IMG/VR virus record: IMGVR_UViG_3300012200_000009
Span: 1-44,919 of that record
Direction: 5' to 3' (one strand)
DNA length: 44,919 bases
Origin: a virus
Taxonomy: Duplodnaviria; Caudoviricetes
A program made the position numbers and the translations under genes. Numbering within the stretch: the first letter of the stretch is position 1; each line of letters begins with the position of its first letter. The notes under the pieces were generated by a model that saw nothing but the letters and a program-made list of their open reading frames with translations, was not told the origin of the DNA and ran no database searches. Positions 26,155 through 34,607 of the stretch are shown piece after piece.

Positions 26155-27211
26155 CCTGAGCCACCAGACTCTGAATAGCTGCATCCCCGTTGTGCGATGC
26201 CTGCCCGATAGCCTGCAAACGGCTCGCCACCTTTGTCTGATCGACGCCTGTGACCGTCGGCATTGCCTTTTGTGCCTGGGCAAGATCGTGCTGTAATTGT
26301 GCTATAGCGGGGTCTTGTCCATTCCCGCTATACAAATGCGCCTTGTAGACACGGCCTGCACCTGGCGGCGTATCGTACACATGCCCTGGATCAAAGAACA
26401 ACACGCCGCGCTCGAAGTATTGCTTGGTGTTGCCATTGCTATCAAGCGCAATCTCGTTTGAAACGGGTAAGCCTAAATCAGTCAAGCCGCACAAACCTTC
26501 GCCACCGATGCGCTGGTAGAACGCCAGCACTTCGCCGTGTATCTGGTGGCCGTTCTTGCATTGCCACCAGCCAGGCGCGTTGCTTGTGAAGTAGTTTGCC
26601 ACGCCCGGCGTTGATAAGTCAATCATACTGCCTCCTCCGATGCTCCATTGTCCATAGTCAATATGCATCGAGCGGTTATAGTCTACCGAATGGCCGGACA
26701 TGCTGACACCATTCTGGTATTGTTGGATGTGCGCGCGCGGCTCCCAGGCGCCACCTGACCATGCATAGGTTTGCCAACCCCAGGTGATAAGGCCAGCATT
26801 GAACAGGTATTCGAGCACGCGATACGAGCCATATGCACCTGTGCGACTCTTGCCTATCACGGATGCAATACCCTTGAAGTAATCCACCGTCTGCGAGCCG
26901 TCAACATCTACATCCACGCTAAAGTAGATAGGCCGGTTGGCAGGGCCCCCACATGCTTCATGTTGACCAGCCGCTATGTGTGCATCCTGCACGCCCGATG
27001 CTGTACCCTCAAGCGCACGATTAGCATACCATTCATAATTGCTCACAATGGCGATACCAGCCGCTGAAAGTCCTTTCGCCTCAGCCGGGGTCAAGAGCTT
27101 GACTTGTGTCAAATTGTTGACGTATGACAGATAGCGGCAGACGAATGACACGCCCGCCGCCTTCATGGAAGCTACGGGCGGGCCGGTTACGTAGTCAAGA
27201 CCGAAGGCCAT
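26144..27211 (-). CDS. endolysin, DUF1906 (GH25-like) domain plus LGFP-like repeat
   Basis: FVCRY, PIYFSVD, GAYG and WQTYAWS motifs; GLPVSNE...QYFERG C-terminal module. Confidence 0.85.
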   Translation of the reverse strand: MAFGLDYVTGPPVASMKAAGVSFVCRYLSYVNNLTQVKLLTPAEAKGLSAAGIAIVSNYEWYANRALEGTASGVQDAHIAAGQHEACGGPANRPIYFSVDVDVDGSQTVDYFKGIASVIGKSRTGAYGSYRVLEYLFNAGLITWGWQTYAWSGGAWEPRAHIQQYQNGVSMSGHSVDYNRSMHIDYGQWSIGGGSMIDLSTPGVANYFTSNAPGWWQCKNGHQIHGEVLAFYQRIGGEGLCGLTDLGLPVSNEIALDSNGNTKQYFERGVLFFDPGHVYDTPPGAGRVYKAHLYSGNGQDPAIAQLQHDLAQAQKAMPTVTGVDQTKVASRLQAIGQASHNGDAAIQSLVAQAIV

Positions 27212-27266
27212 AGATCACCTCCTTTCAGCGAGTTTTCAAAACTCACGATATTCATAGCAAAAACAC

Positions 27267-27296
27267 TTGACAACATATATGTATTCATGTTATTCT
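27267..27296 (+). promoter_or_regulatory. promoter of the moron-like cassette
   Basis: TTGACA, 18 nt, TATTCT with a TG extension. Confidence 0.6.
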
Positions 27297-27341
27297 TACT
27301 ATATCAAATGAATACAAAATTGTAGTCAAGGAGAAACGGAA

Positions 27342-27578
27342 ATGACAAGGTATTTTATCGAAGCAAAGCTCGGTGGCGGTGAAGTTGAATTTTACACAGA
27401 GAAGGAAGTTAAGAACTCTTTCCCATCCTTTAAAACTATCCCAAATGAGTTTGTGAGCAATGGCTATCACTACACCTCGACAATGGTGGGAAGCATCACA
27501 ATGACCACTGGTACAGTAGTTACTGGTGATTTCGCTACCCTGGCAGAACTGGAATCCTACATTCAGGAGAATCAATAA
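27342..27578 (+). CDS. hypothetical protein (moron gene 1)
   Basis: AAGGAG RBS; AT-rich. Confidence 0.7.
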   Translation: MTRYFIEAKLGGGEVEFYTEKEVKNSFPSFKTIPNEFVSNGYHYTSTMVGSITMTTGTVVTGDFATLAELESYIQENQ

Positions 27579-27809
27579 ATGGCACACAAAACATATCAAG
27601 GCCCCTACTCCGCAGTAGCGGCCTCCCCTGCTGGTTGGGAAGTAGAAGAGTGGGAAGTGGTCATGATTGGTACTGTCAATGAAGAAACCGTTCACACTCA
27701 CATCTCCCCTCATACGTACAGGCAGCGTACCGCTGCCGTGAGACGAGCTACTACCCTCAATAAACAATGGCTTAAAAAGCATCAATCCCTCCACACCGCT
27801 CCTAAGTGA
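27579..27809 (+). CDS. hypothetical protein (moron gene 2)
   Basis: Abuts gene 1; AGGAG RBS. Confidence 0.65.
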   Translation: MAHKTYQGPYSAVAASPAGWEVEEWEVVMIGTVNEETVHTHISPHTYRQRTAAVRRATTLNKQWLKKHQSLHTAPK

Positions 27810-27820
27810 GCGGCTTTTTT
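27796..27820 (+). terminator. intrinsic terminator
   Basis: CCGCTC / GAGCGG stem followed by a T run. Confidence 0.8.
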
Positions 27821-27916
27821 ATTGGCCTGAACCTCCACGAAGCCCTTACATTGAGCATGAACAGCTTCAAACGGATGTACATGCATCGCCTCCTTCCTGT
27901 GTGCTATACTAATGAT

Positions 27917-28034
27917 GCCCCGTGAGTTCAAATCTCACACGATGCTCGGCGGGCGCCATTTGTCGGGTATCGTTGCCGGAGTGGTTTAACGGAACCTTCA
28001 GGGATTAAACCCCCTGAAGGTGGGGAACACCACC
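27917..28034 (+). ncRNA. circularly permuted tRNA-like RNA
   Basis: T arm GTGAG-TTCAAAT-CTCAC precedes a loop-closed acceptor stem, D arm, anticodon-like arm and variable-like arm; TGCTATACT upstream. Confidence 0.7.
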
Positions 28035-28038
28035 TCCT

Positions 28039-28221
28039 TTAGCGTACAAGTTGTAGCACTAAAAACACGATGTCCAGCACCACGGCGATGATCGTCAGGA
28101 TGAGCATGATAATGCCTACCGCGCTTTGACGCGCCCCGGAGTACGTACCGGAAGCGGGCCACAGCAGCAGAACGAACAGATTGAGAATAGCTAAAAACTC
28201 GAAGTTTAATAATCCAGTCAT
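28039..28221 (-). CDS. small 2-TM membrane protein (holin candidate)
   Basis: Two hydrophobic helices; AAAGGA RBS. Confidence 0.6.
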   Translation of the reverse strand: MTGLLNFEFLAILNLFVLLLWPASGTYSGARQSAVGIIMLILTIIAVVLDIVFLVLQLVR

Positions 28222-28236
28222 AGTACGTTTCCTTTC

Positions 28237-28494
28237 TTAGCCTAGCCCCACTTCAGGCGTGGGCGTAGGCGTGTGTGTCGGTATACCAGTTGGTACACCA
28301 GTAGGGGTATGCGTTGGTGAATATATCGGTATCGGTGTCGGTATTGGTGTCGGTGCAGCCCCTCTTGATACAAAAACCGAGTTGAGCGCCAAGGCACCAA
28401 TAATCAGGAGCGTGATAATCAGCACGCTCACGAGTGCGAGTAAGGAAGATCGTCTCAAGATAGCTAGCTCCTTAGTTTTCCTCATCTTCGTCAT
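28237..28494 (-). CDS. membrane protein with Pro/Thr tail
   Basis: One TM helix then PTP repeats; start uncertain. Confidence 0.5.
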   Translation of the reverse strand: MTKMRKTKELAILRRSSLLALVSVLIITLLIIGALALNSVFVSRGAAPTPIPTPIPIYSPTHTPTGVPTGIPTHTPTPTPEVGLG

Positions 28495-28801
28495 CAGGTA
28501 CCTGTATGATGCGTTTACGTTTACCCTGATGACCGTCGATGAGGGTGATGGTCGTGCCATTGATTTCAATTTCCATGCCAAGCTGTTTAAATGCGGCCCG
28601 CATCGCAATGATCGCACGGCGCAGGCGTACCAACTCCCTTTCCTGTGACTCGTTTTGCTCTTTGTAGGCAGCGATGACGCTCTCCTGCAATTCCCCCAAC
28701 TGCTTGACAGCCGCACGCCGGAAGACAAAGAGGCCGCCGATAATCACACAGAGCGTAATGGCGATGCTTGGGAGTGAGAGCAGCAGGTTCTCAGGTATCA
28801 T
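28472..28801 (-). CDS. TM-anchored coiled-coil protein (lysis region)
   Basis: N-terminal TM helix followed by heptads. Confidence 0.6.
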   Translation of the reverse strand: MIPENLLLSLPSIAITLCVIIGGLFVFRRAAVKQLGELQESVIAAYKEQNESQERELVRLRRAIIAMRAAFKQLGMEIEINGTTITLIDGHQGKRKRIIQVPDDEDEEN

Positions 28802-29006
28802 GTATCTTTTCCTCAACGAGTGCCACAGCTTGCCGTGCCGTCTCAGCCGCCGCCTTTGCCGCCTCCGCGCTCTTGTTGCTCACATCGATAAGTGCCTGCT
28901 GCAAACGCATGATACGCTTGCTGCCATCTCTCCACATGAGAAAGAGTAGCACCAGCACGATAATCAGCCAGACGTAAAAAATGATGGTTAGAATGAGTTG
29001 TTGCAT
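28791..29006 (-). CDS. TM-anchored small protein (lysis region)
   Basis: AGGAGG RBS; N-terminal TM helix. Confidence 0.6.
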   Translation of the reverse strand: MQQLILTIIFYVWLIIVLVLLFLMWRDGSKRIMRLQQALIDVSNKSAEAAKAAAETARQAVALVEEKIHDT

Positions 29007-29019
29007 GTTCCTCCTTTCT

Positions 29020-29379
29020 TTACGGCTCAGCTACAACCTGCAATAGCTGCAAGTCCATCGCAACCGGGCCAGTTGAAAGCGTCACCACAGGATACGCCTT
29101 GTACAGCCCAGGCTTGCCTAATGGATTAGTGGCCAGCAGATCAGCAGCAGACGGCGTGAAGTCTGCCGTCGATGGCACAACTGGCGGCCCTATTGAGCCG
29201 ACGTTGGTGACGTTCCATGCGCCAGTACAGATATACAAAGCGTTGTTGTTGTTGATATCCTCCAGGTGCATGGCAATCGAGCCATTCGCTACACCTGTCA
29301 GCAGAAACGTACCGCTATCAGTCGTAAAGGTGTGATGCGATGCCCGACCGTCTCCTGCTGTAATGGGACTCCATGCCAT
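29020..29379 (-). CDS. hypothetical virion-associated beta-sandwich protein
   Basis: Follows the fibre gene; GAGGTG RBS. Confidence 0.55.
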   Translation of the reverse strand: MAWSPITAGDGRASHHTFTTDSGTFLLTGVANGSIAMHLEDINNNNALYICTGAWNVTNVGSIGPPVVPSTADFTPSAADLLATNPLGKPGLYKAYPVVTLSTGPVAMDLQLLQVVAEP

Positions 29380-29382
29380 ATA

Positions 29383-31584
29383 TCACCTCGCTTTCCATGT
29401 TGCTAGATCATCGCGTGCATCCCACGCCGCCTGTTCATCTCTCGTTGTCCATGTCGCTTTGCCATCTCTCGTCACCCATGTCGCCGTGGGGAATTGTATC
29501 GTCGGCGCTTGTGCTGTAAGGCTGGCGATGAGCACACCCGCGCCTGCAAACGTGAGGGAAAGGGCTGTCCGTAGGGCCATCGTGCCTGTAAGCGTACCCG
29601 TTCCTATGAGTTGACAGCCGAGCGCAGTCGAAAGTGCCATCGTCCCGGCAAGGGTACCCGCCCCGGCAAGTGTGCTTGTCAGCGCCGTCTTTGCCGAAAG
29701 CGTCCCGGTAAGCGTGCCAACCCCCGCAAGCGTCGTGGAGAGCGCGGTCGTGAGTGACGTTGTACCTGAAAGCTGGCCAACCCCAACGAGTGTCGTTGAG
29801 AGTGCGGTATTTGCGCTGAGCGTTCCTGCGAGCGTTCCAACGCCTGCCATCGTGACTGAGAGCGATACACCGGCAGTCGTTGAAAGTGTACCGGAGAGCG
29901 TTCCTACTCCTGCAAGCGTGCATGTGAGTGCGGTACTGTCGCCAAGCGTCCCGGTCAGTGTGCTAACCCCGTCAAACTCAACTGCAAGCGCGAGATTTGC
30001 CGAGAGTGTCCCTGAAAGCGTACCGACCCCTGCAAGCGTTGTTGAGAGCGCCGTAGCAAGGGAGAACGTACCCGAAAGTGTGCCTACTCCTGATAGCGTG
30101 ACAGTAAGGGCTGTTGCCTCTGTAAGCGTTCCTGTGAGCGTACCAACGCCCGGTATGGTCGTGGTGAGTGCGGTATTTGCCGAAAGCGTTCCCGTAAGCG
30201 TTGCCACGCCGACGAGGGTATCTGTCAGTGCAGTAGCCAGCGAGAATGTCTCAGCAAGTGTACCGACCCCTGCAAGCGTCACGGTGATCGGTGCAGGCAC
30301 GATGCTAGCGTTGTAGTGGGTGGCGATCTGCGTCGGGCTGAGTACATAGTTGTACAGCGCTATCTCGTCCAGATCGCCAGCCATGTAGCTACCTGAATAG
30401 AACATGTCCAGATCAACCAGGATAGGGTCGCTGGAAATAGGAGGGTTGACCAGGGTTGCCGACAATGCTCTTGGCAGGTATGGCGGTAGGTGATTGTAGC
30501 GTGAACCGTTGAGGTAGTGCAGGATGTTGCCCGATGCGTCAATGGTCGTCACGATATGCTGCCAGCCTGACGAGATGTTGATCAGGTATTCCAGCGAAAG
30601 GGAAGTCCACGTATAGGGTTCGAGTGTGTAGGGGATGGTGACGGATGCAGGGCCAGTCAAGAGCATCGAGGTATTTGCGTCACTTGCCGAATACCCCGGT
30701 TGCCTCTCAGTCACACCTGTCGAGAGCGTGCCATCATAGCCGTTACCTGTGAAGTCAGTAACGGTTGTGCCTATGCCCTCATTCAGACGGTAGTACAGCA
30801 CAGGGTTATCGGACAGCACCGCGTTGGGGTAGGCGCTCTCTGCTTGCCCTCCATTGATAAGCAGAGCTTGCACGCCACGCAGGAGATACCCCTTCGCACG
30901 TGGCGTGCCAATCGTCGCCGAGAGTGCGCGAGTGCGGTACCCCTTTTTGACCAGTACGCCGCCGAATGGTCGTTGTACGATCTTTGGCCCTAGTGCGAGC
31001 GGTTGGCTGGGTGAACGCGGCGCGTTGTCAAGGCTAAACGAGTCGAACTGGATGATATCGCCCGATGCCGCGCAGTTGGCAAACAGCCCGAATTGTCCGG
31101 CGGCTTGCAAGCTGCCATCTATCCACTGACCCGTCCAGGTGTCCGGTTCACCGGCGCCGCTCTGCCACACTTTCGCAGAGTACAATGAACCGACCGCACG
31201 AAAACGCAACCAGTACAATGTATTCGCGCTAACGCTTACGGGAAATGTCGAGCCAATCACGTTGCCAAGCACACGCAAGCGCATGAAATTGAGGCTTGGC
31301 GCAATCTCTAAACGTGCATTGGATGTTCCGCTACGCCCTACTATCCCTACCAGGTCGCCCGTTGCTGAGACGGAGAAGCGTACCAGTCCCTCGAAATCGG
31401 CGGTCGTTTTTGCGCCGAGCAGCATGATATCCGAGCCGGTCGCACCTGTCACCTTGCCTTCGTTGGAGGCAATGGAGAGCGTGACCGTCCCCGACGTTAG
31501 CGCCCAGGTTTCACCATCTGATGCCGTCCCCCAACTGCTTGCGTTATCGGCTCTGGTAAAGGTATCCTGGCTGATGATCGGCAT
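29383..31584 (-). CDS. tail fibre-like protein with lectin/LamG-like domains and 20-aa repeats
   Basis: YYRLNE...DEIALYN..LS..QI..HY LamG-like motif; about 13 TLAGVGTL-type repeats. Confidence 0.7.
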   Translation of the reverse strand: MPIISQDTFTRADNASSWGTASDGETWALTSGTVTLSIASNEGKVTGATGSDIMLLGAKTTADFEGLVRFSVSATGDLVGIVGRSGTSNARLEIAPSLNFMRLRVLGNVIGSTFPVSVSANTLYWLRFRAVGSLYSAKVWQSGAGEPDTWTGQWIDGSLQAAGQFGLFANCAASGDIIQFDSFSLDNAPRSPSQPLALGPKIVQRPFGGVLVKKGYRTRALSATIGTPRAKGYLLRGVQALLINGGQAESAYPNAVLSDNPVLYYRLNEGIGTTVTDFTGNGYDGTLSTGVTERQPGYSASDANTSMLLTGPASVTIPYTLEPYTWTSLSLEYLINISSGWQHIVTTIDASGNILHYLNGSRYNHLPPYLPRALSATLVNPPISSDPILVDLDMFYSGSYMAGDLDEIALYNYVLSPTQIATHYNASIVPAPITVTLAGVGTLAETFSLATALTDTLVGVATLTGTLSANTALTTTIPGVGTLTGTLTEATALTVTLSGVGTLSGTFSLATALSTTLAGVGTLSGTLSANLALAVEFDGVSTLTGTLGDSTALTCTLAGVGTLSGTLSTTAGVSLSVTMAGVGTLAGTLSANTALSTTLVGVGQLSGTTSLTTALSTTLAGVGTLTGTLSAKTALTSTLAGAGTLAGTMALSTALGCQLIGTGTLTGTMALRTALSLTFAGAGVLIASLTAQAPTIQFPTATWVTRDGKATWTTRDEQAAWDARDDLATWKAR

Positions 31585-31618
31585 GATGCTCTCCTACTCT
31601 GGCCCTGGCATCGATTGA

Positions 31619-32287
31619 CTACTCTTCAGTCCAGGTGATCGAAAGATCATACACGCCGCCCGATGGGATTGCTACAGAGTTGAAGTTAAATGCAAGCTCT
31701 TGAGCTACCCCACGCAAGGTCATCGGCTCATACGGCTCTTGTCCATAGTCATAGACATAGCGATCTTGCGACCAGGTGCCGGCTGCCGCCGTCACAAGGC
31801 CATACGTCAGCCTGATATTCTTCCAGATCGTTGATGTGCCATCAATGGTTGGGGCGACGGTGTAGAGTAAGATGAGTCCAGTTGCCGCGCCATCGTTGCT
31901 ATCGTGTTTGATAACTGCGGGGTTCGTACTGGTGCCGCCCGTATTCGCTATCGTGTGCTTCACGGCCCTGATATAGTTGCCCGCAGTTGCTGCCGTTGCT
32001 ACACCCGAATATTCAATACGCATGACTTTGATGAGCTTGGTCGCCGAACCACGTAGTACGACCCAATCGGTCGGCGTTGCATATGGTGCAGTTGAAGCAA
32101 TGGTGTAGGTATAGGTTGCCTTACTGCCTGCTGCTCCCTCAGCCCGTATCGGCGCTGAGTCGTTGGTTGATGCATCAGTAAGAACCTGCCCGCTCTGAAT
32201 GGCCTTAAAGCCCACATTAGGGACGTAGCCGCAGCCAATAGGGATTGTTGATGAATCTGTGGGAGTTGCACCAAAGTTTCCACTCAT
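31619..32287 (-). CDS. hypothetical virion protein
   Basis: Thr/Gly-rich beta protein in the tail module. Confidence 0.6.
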   Translation of the reverse strand: MSGNFGATPTDSSTIPIGCGYVPNVGFKAIQSGQVLTDASTNDSAPIRAEGAAGSKATYTYTIASTAPYATPTDWVVLRGSATKLIKVMRIEYSGVATAATAGNYIRAVKHTIANTGGTSTNPAVIKHDSNDGAATGLILLYTVAPTIDGTSTIWKNIRLTYGLVTAAAGTWSQDRYVYDYGQEPYEPMTLRGVAQELAFNFNSVAIPSGGVYDLSITWTEE

Positions 32288-32306
32288 AGTAGTTTATCCT
32301 TTCTCG

Positions 32307-33758
32307 TTAGTCGCCAAACCACTGCCAGGTAGGGGCGACACTATAGGTAATCGCGATAGTCTGCCCAACGGGTACCCTCACGCTATGCACATTCCCTGCG
32401 GGCGCTGCTGCCGTAATGCCAACCGACGACCCGCCTACGGAGACAAGGGTGAGCGTCCCGCCCAGGATATGCACCGTGCAGTCACAGCCGGTCGTGTTGG
32501 TAGCCGCCACGGTTGTAGCCGGGACGGCTGGCTGTGTGACGCTATGGCCGCGCGGGTTAAAGCCGATGTTGTTTCTGATGCGCGTGTTTGTGCCTATCTG
32601 CGTGATCGTGCCGCCGCCAATCAAGGTATTGTCGTGAATGTTGTTGCCCTGCGCACCAGTTTGCTCGATAATGTTCTGACCAGCCAGGCACACATTATCG
32701 TGAAATTCAGAATTGGTGGATTTTGTAGCGATGACCTGCCCACCAGTTGCAGAGAGGACATTATCATGACAGATAAACCCGCTTGCACCAGTATCGAATG
32801 CGATAGCTGTTGAGGAGCCACTGATCGTATTATTGGCTATAATCCCGCCGTTCGCACTATTGACATAGATATTCTCAAACGTCACACTATAGCAGTTGCA
32901 GCCGATGATATTGCATTGTGCATAGCTTGCAATATCGGTATTACTATTCCCAAAGCACGATGCGCCAACGATAAACGTGTTGATGCCACTTGTCTCGATG
33001 CCGTTGAGGGTATTATTCTCAAACTCCCCGCCAAGTATCTGACAACCGACCCCAGAAATGATATAGAACCCATCGCTTTTGCAAAAGTAGCAATGGCAAT
33101 CCACAAACTTTTGCTGGCCTGCCCCGTTGATCGTGATGCCGTTGTTGGTGGTCGATTTGGCCGCATCACCCTGGCTGATAACGCGATGATACTCACAGTC
33201 CGAGGCCCCGCCATTGATGACCAGATTATCGCCTGGCGTGGTCGTATTCATCCCATTCCACACAAGCTCCACATCATCAAAAAAGACCTCATAGATCGTA
33301 CCGGAAAAGGAGTCAACCTCAATGCCATTGCCACCGAACAGCGCGACCTTTGATTGCTGGATTTTGCCGCCATTGGAACGGAAGTGGATACCCTTGCCCG
33401 TGCTCGTGGTGGTGCTGCGCCCGATGAAGGTGATGCCAGAAATGAGGCAACTATCGGCATTTCTGGTATTGCCCACAATGAGCGCATAGGACGGATCAGC
33501 CGATGGGTCAATTTGAATGGTCGCCGAGCCATCGCGCTCCCCAAAGCTCACCAGAGAGACCCCATCGTTATTAATAACGATGGGTTGGGAGATGAAGTAT
33601 TTCCCCACGGCGGGTACCGCAATAACCCCACCCGACGCGGGCAGGGAAGCAATAGCCGCCGCAAACGCAGCGTCATTTTGCGTAGCAGGCGCAGACGGCG
33701 ACGCGCCAAACTGCGCAGCGGTGGCATAGATGGGCGGAATCAGGTTGATAAATGTCAT
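32307..33758 (-). CDS. tailspike with right-handed beta-helix (pectate lyase 3-like)
   Basis: FGA...NDAAFAAAI...GGVIAVP..GKY start and repeated Asn/Gly/Ile rungs. Confidence 0.8.
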   Translation of the reverse strand: MTFINLIPPIYATAAQFGASPSAPATQNDAAFAAAIASLPASGGVIAVPAVGKYFISQPIVINNDGVSLVSFGERDGSATIQIDPSADPSYALIVGNTRNADSCLISGITFIGRSTTTSTGKGIHFRSNGGKIQQSKVALFGGNGIEVDSFSGTIYEVFFDDVELVWNGMNTTTPGDNLVINGGASDCEYHRVISQGDAAKSTTNNGITINGAGQQKFVDCHCYFCKSDGFYIISGVGCQILGGEFENNTLNGIETSGINTFIVGASCFGNSNTDIASYAQCNIIGCNCYSVTFENIYVNSANGGIIANNTISGSSTAIAFDTGASGFICHDNVLSATGGQVIATKSTNSEFHDNVCLAGQNIIEQTGAQGNNIHDNTLIGGGTITQIGTNTRIRNNIGFNPRGHSVTQPAVPATTVAATNTTGCDCTVHILGGTLTLVSVGGSSVGITAAAPAGNVHSVRVPVGQTIAITYSVAPTWQWFGD

Positions 33759-33770
33759 AAGCCTGCACCT

Positions 33771-34208
33771 CTAGTCCATTGTCATGACAAGCGCGCCAAT
33801 GGCAAAGCTAGCGACAACCCCAATTCCGATTGCCTGCGACGTGATGGTATTCCACCACAGTAGATTGCCCGTCGTTGATGCATCGAAAATACCGACCGCG
33901 AGGACGGTACCCCAGGAGACCGTTGGCGTTGGAAATGTGATAATACCTGAGTTACTGATTTGCGATGGTGTGGTTGAGCCGCCGCTAATCGATGACCAGC
34001 CACTCGACGCGACGGCAACCCGTGCATAGGAGCCGCCCGATACCTCAGTACCCGTATAGCTTGCGCTGGCGTCGGTGGTGGGTGCCGTTGTAAATAGCCC
34101 GACGTAGGTATTGGCCGGTGCTGCTCCCCATGCGCCTGACCCTGGCCACGTCGTTCCTTTCATCAAGTTGAGTAGATTGTTTTGCGCTTGTGTTGTTAAG
34201 CCTGACAT
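33771..34208 (-). CDS. tail-associated structural protein
   Basis: YVGLFT..P....EVSGGSYAR and GIFDA...GNLL motifs common in phage tail modules. Confidence 0.75.
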   Translation of the reverse strand: MSGLTTQAQNNLLNLMKGTTWPGSGAWGAAPANTYVGLFTTAPTTDASASYTGTEVSGGSYARVAVASSGWSSISGGSTTPSQISNSGIITFPTPTVSWGTVLAVGIFDASTTGNLLWWNTITSQAIGIGVVASFAIGALVMTMD

Positions 34209-34220
34209 GAGTATTCCTCC

Positions 34221-34595
34221 TTACGCGATGGCAAGCCACCAGACGTTATTATTGGTCGAGACGGTTGCCGTAAAGGTCGTGCTCGTCATCGTCGAGTTGA
34301 CAAAGAACGTGATGCCTGTTGCCGACGGCGTGAGCAGCACCGCCGAGGGAATGACCCCCAGGCTGTGTGTAATGGTCGTGCCGCCCGTCGTGATGGCAGA
34401 GAAGCCAAATGCAATACGTGTGAGCGTGCCATGTGTGAGTACAATCGATGCGACGCCAAGATGCCCCGCGCCGTCGGTTGTGATAGCCGTATCGGAGGCG
34501 TAGTACAAGAACGTCTCCAAATTATTTAGGAATGTGGCGCTGATGGCAGGCGCTGCGTTCGTATTGAATGGCCCGGTCTTTATATAATGTGTGAT
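34221..34595 (-). CDS. small tail protein, probable ATC start at 34595
   Basis: AAGGAGGTG 5 nt before an in-frame ATC; the extension adds a PAISATFLNNLE motif. Confidence 0.6.
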   Translation of the reverse strand: MTHYIKTGPFNTNAAPAISATFLNNLETFLYYASDTAITTDGAGHLGVASIVLTHGTLTRIAFGFSAITTGGTTITHSLGVIPSAVLLTPSATGITFFVNSTMTSTTFTATVSTNNNVWWLAIA

Positions 34596-34607
34596 AGCTA
34601 CACCTCC

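Noticed and set aside
27922-27958. T-arm fragment as an attP core
   Set aside because: No integrase is seen, and the fragment pairs with downstream tRNA parts as one unit.
29672-30316. Plus-strand 214-aa ORF and other long antisense ORFs in structural genes
   Set aside because: Shadow frames of well-supported minus-strand genes, with no evident RBS or motifs.
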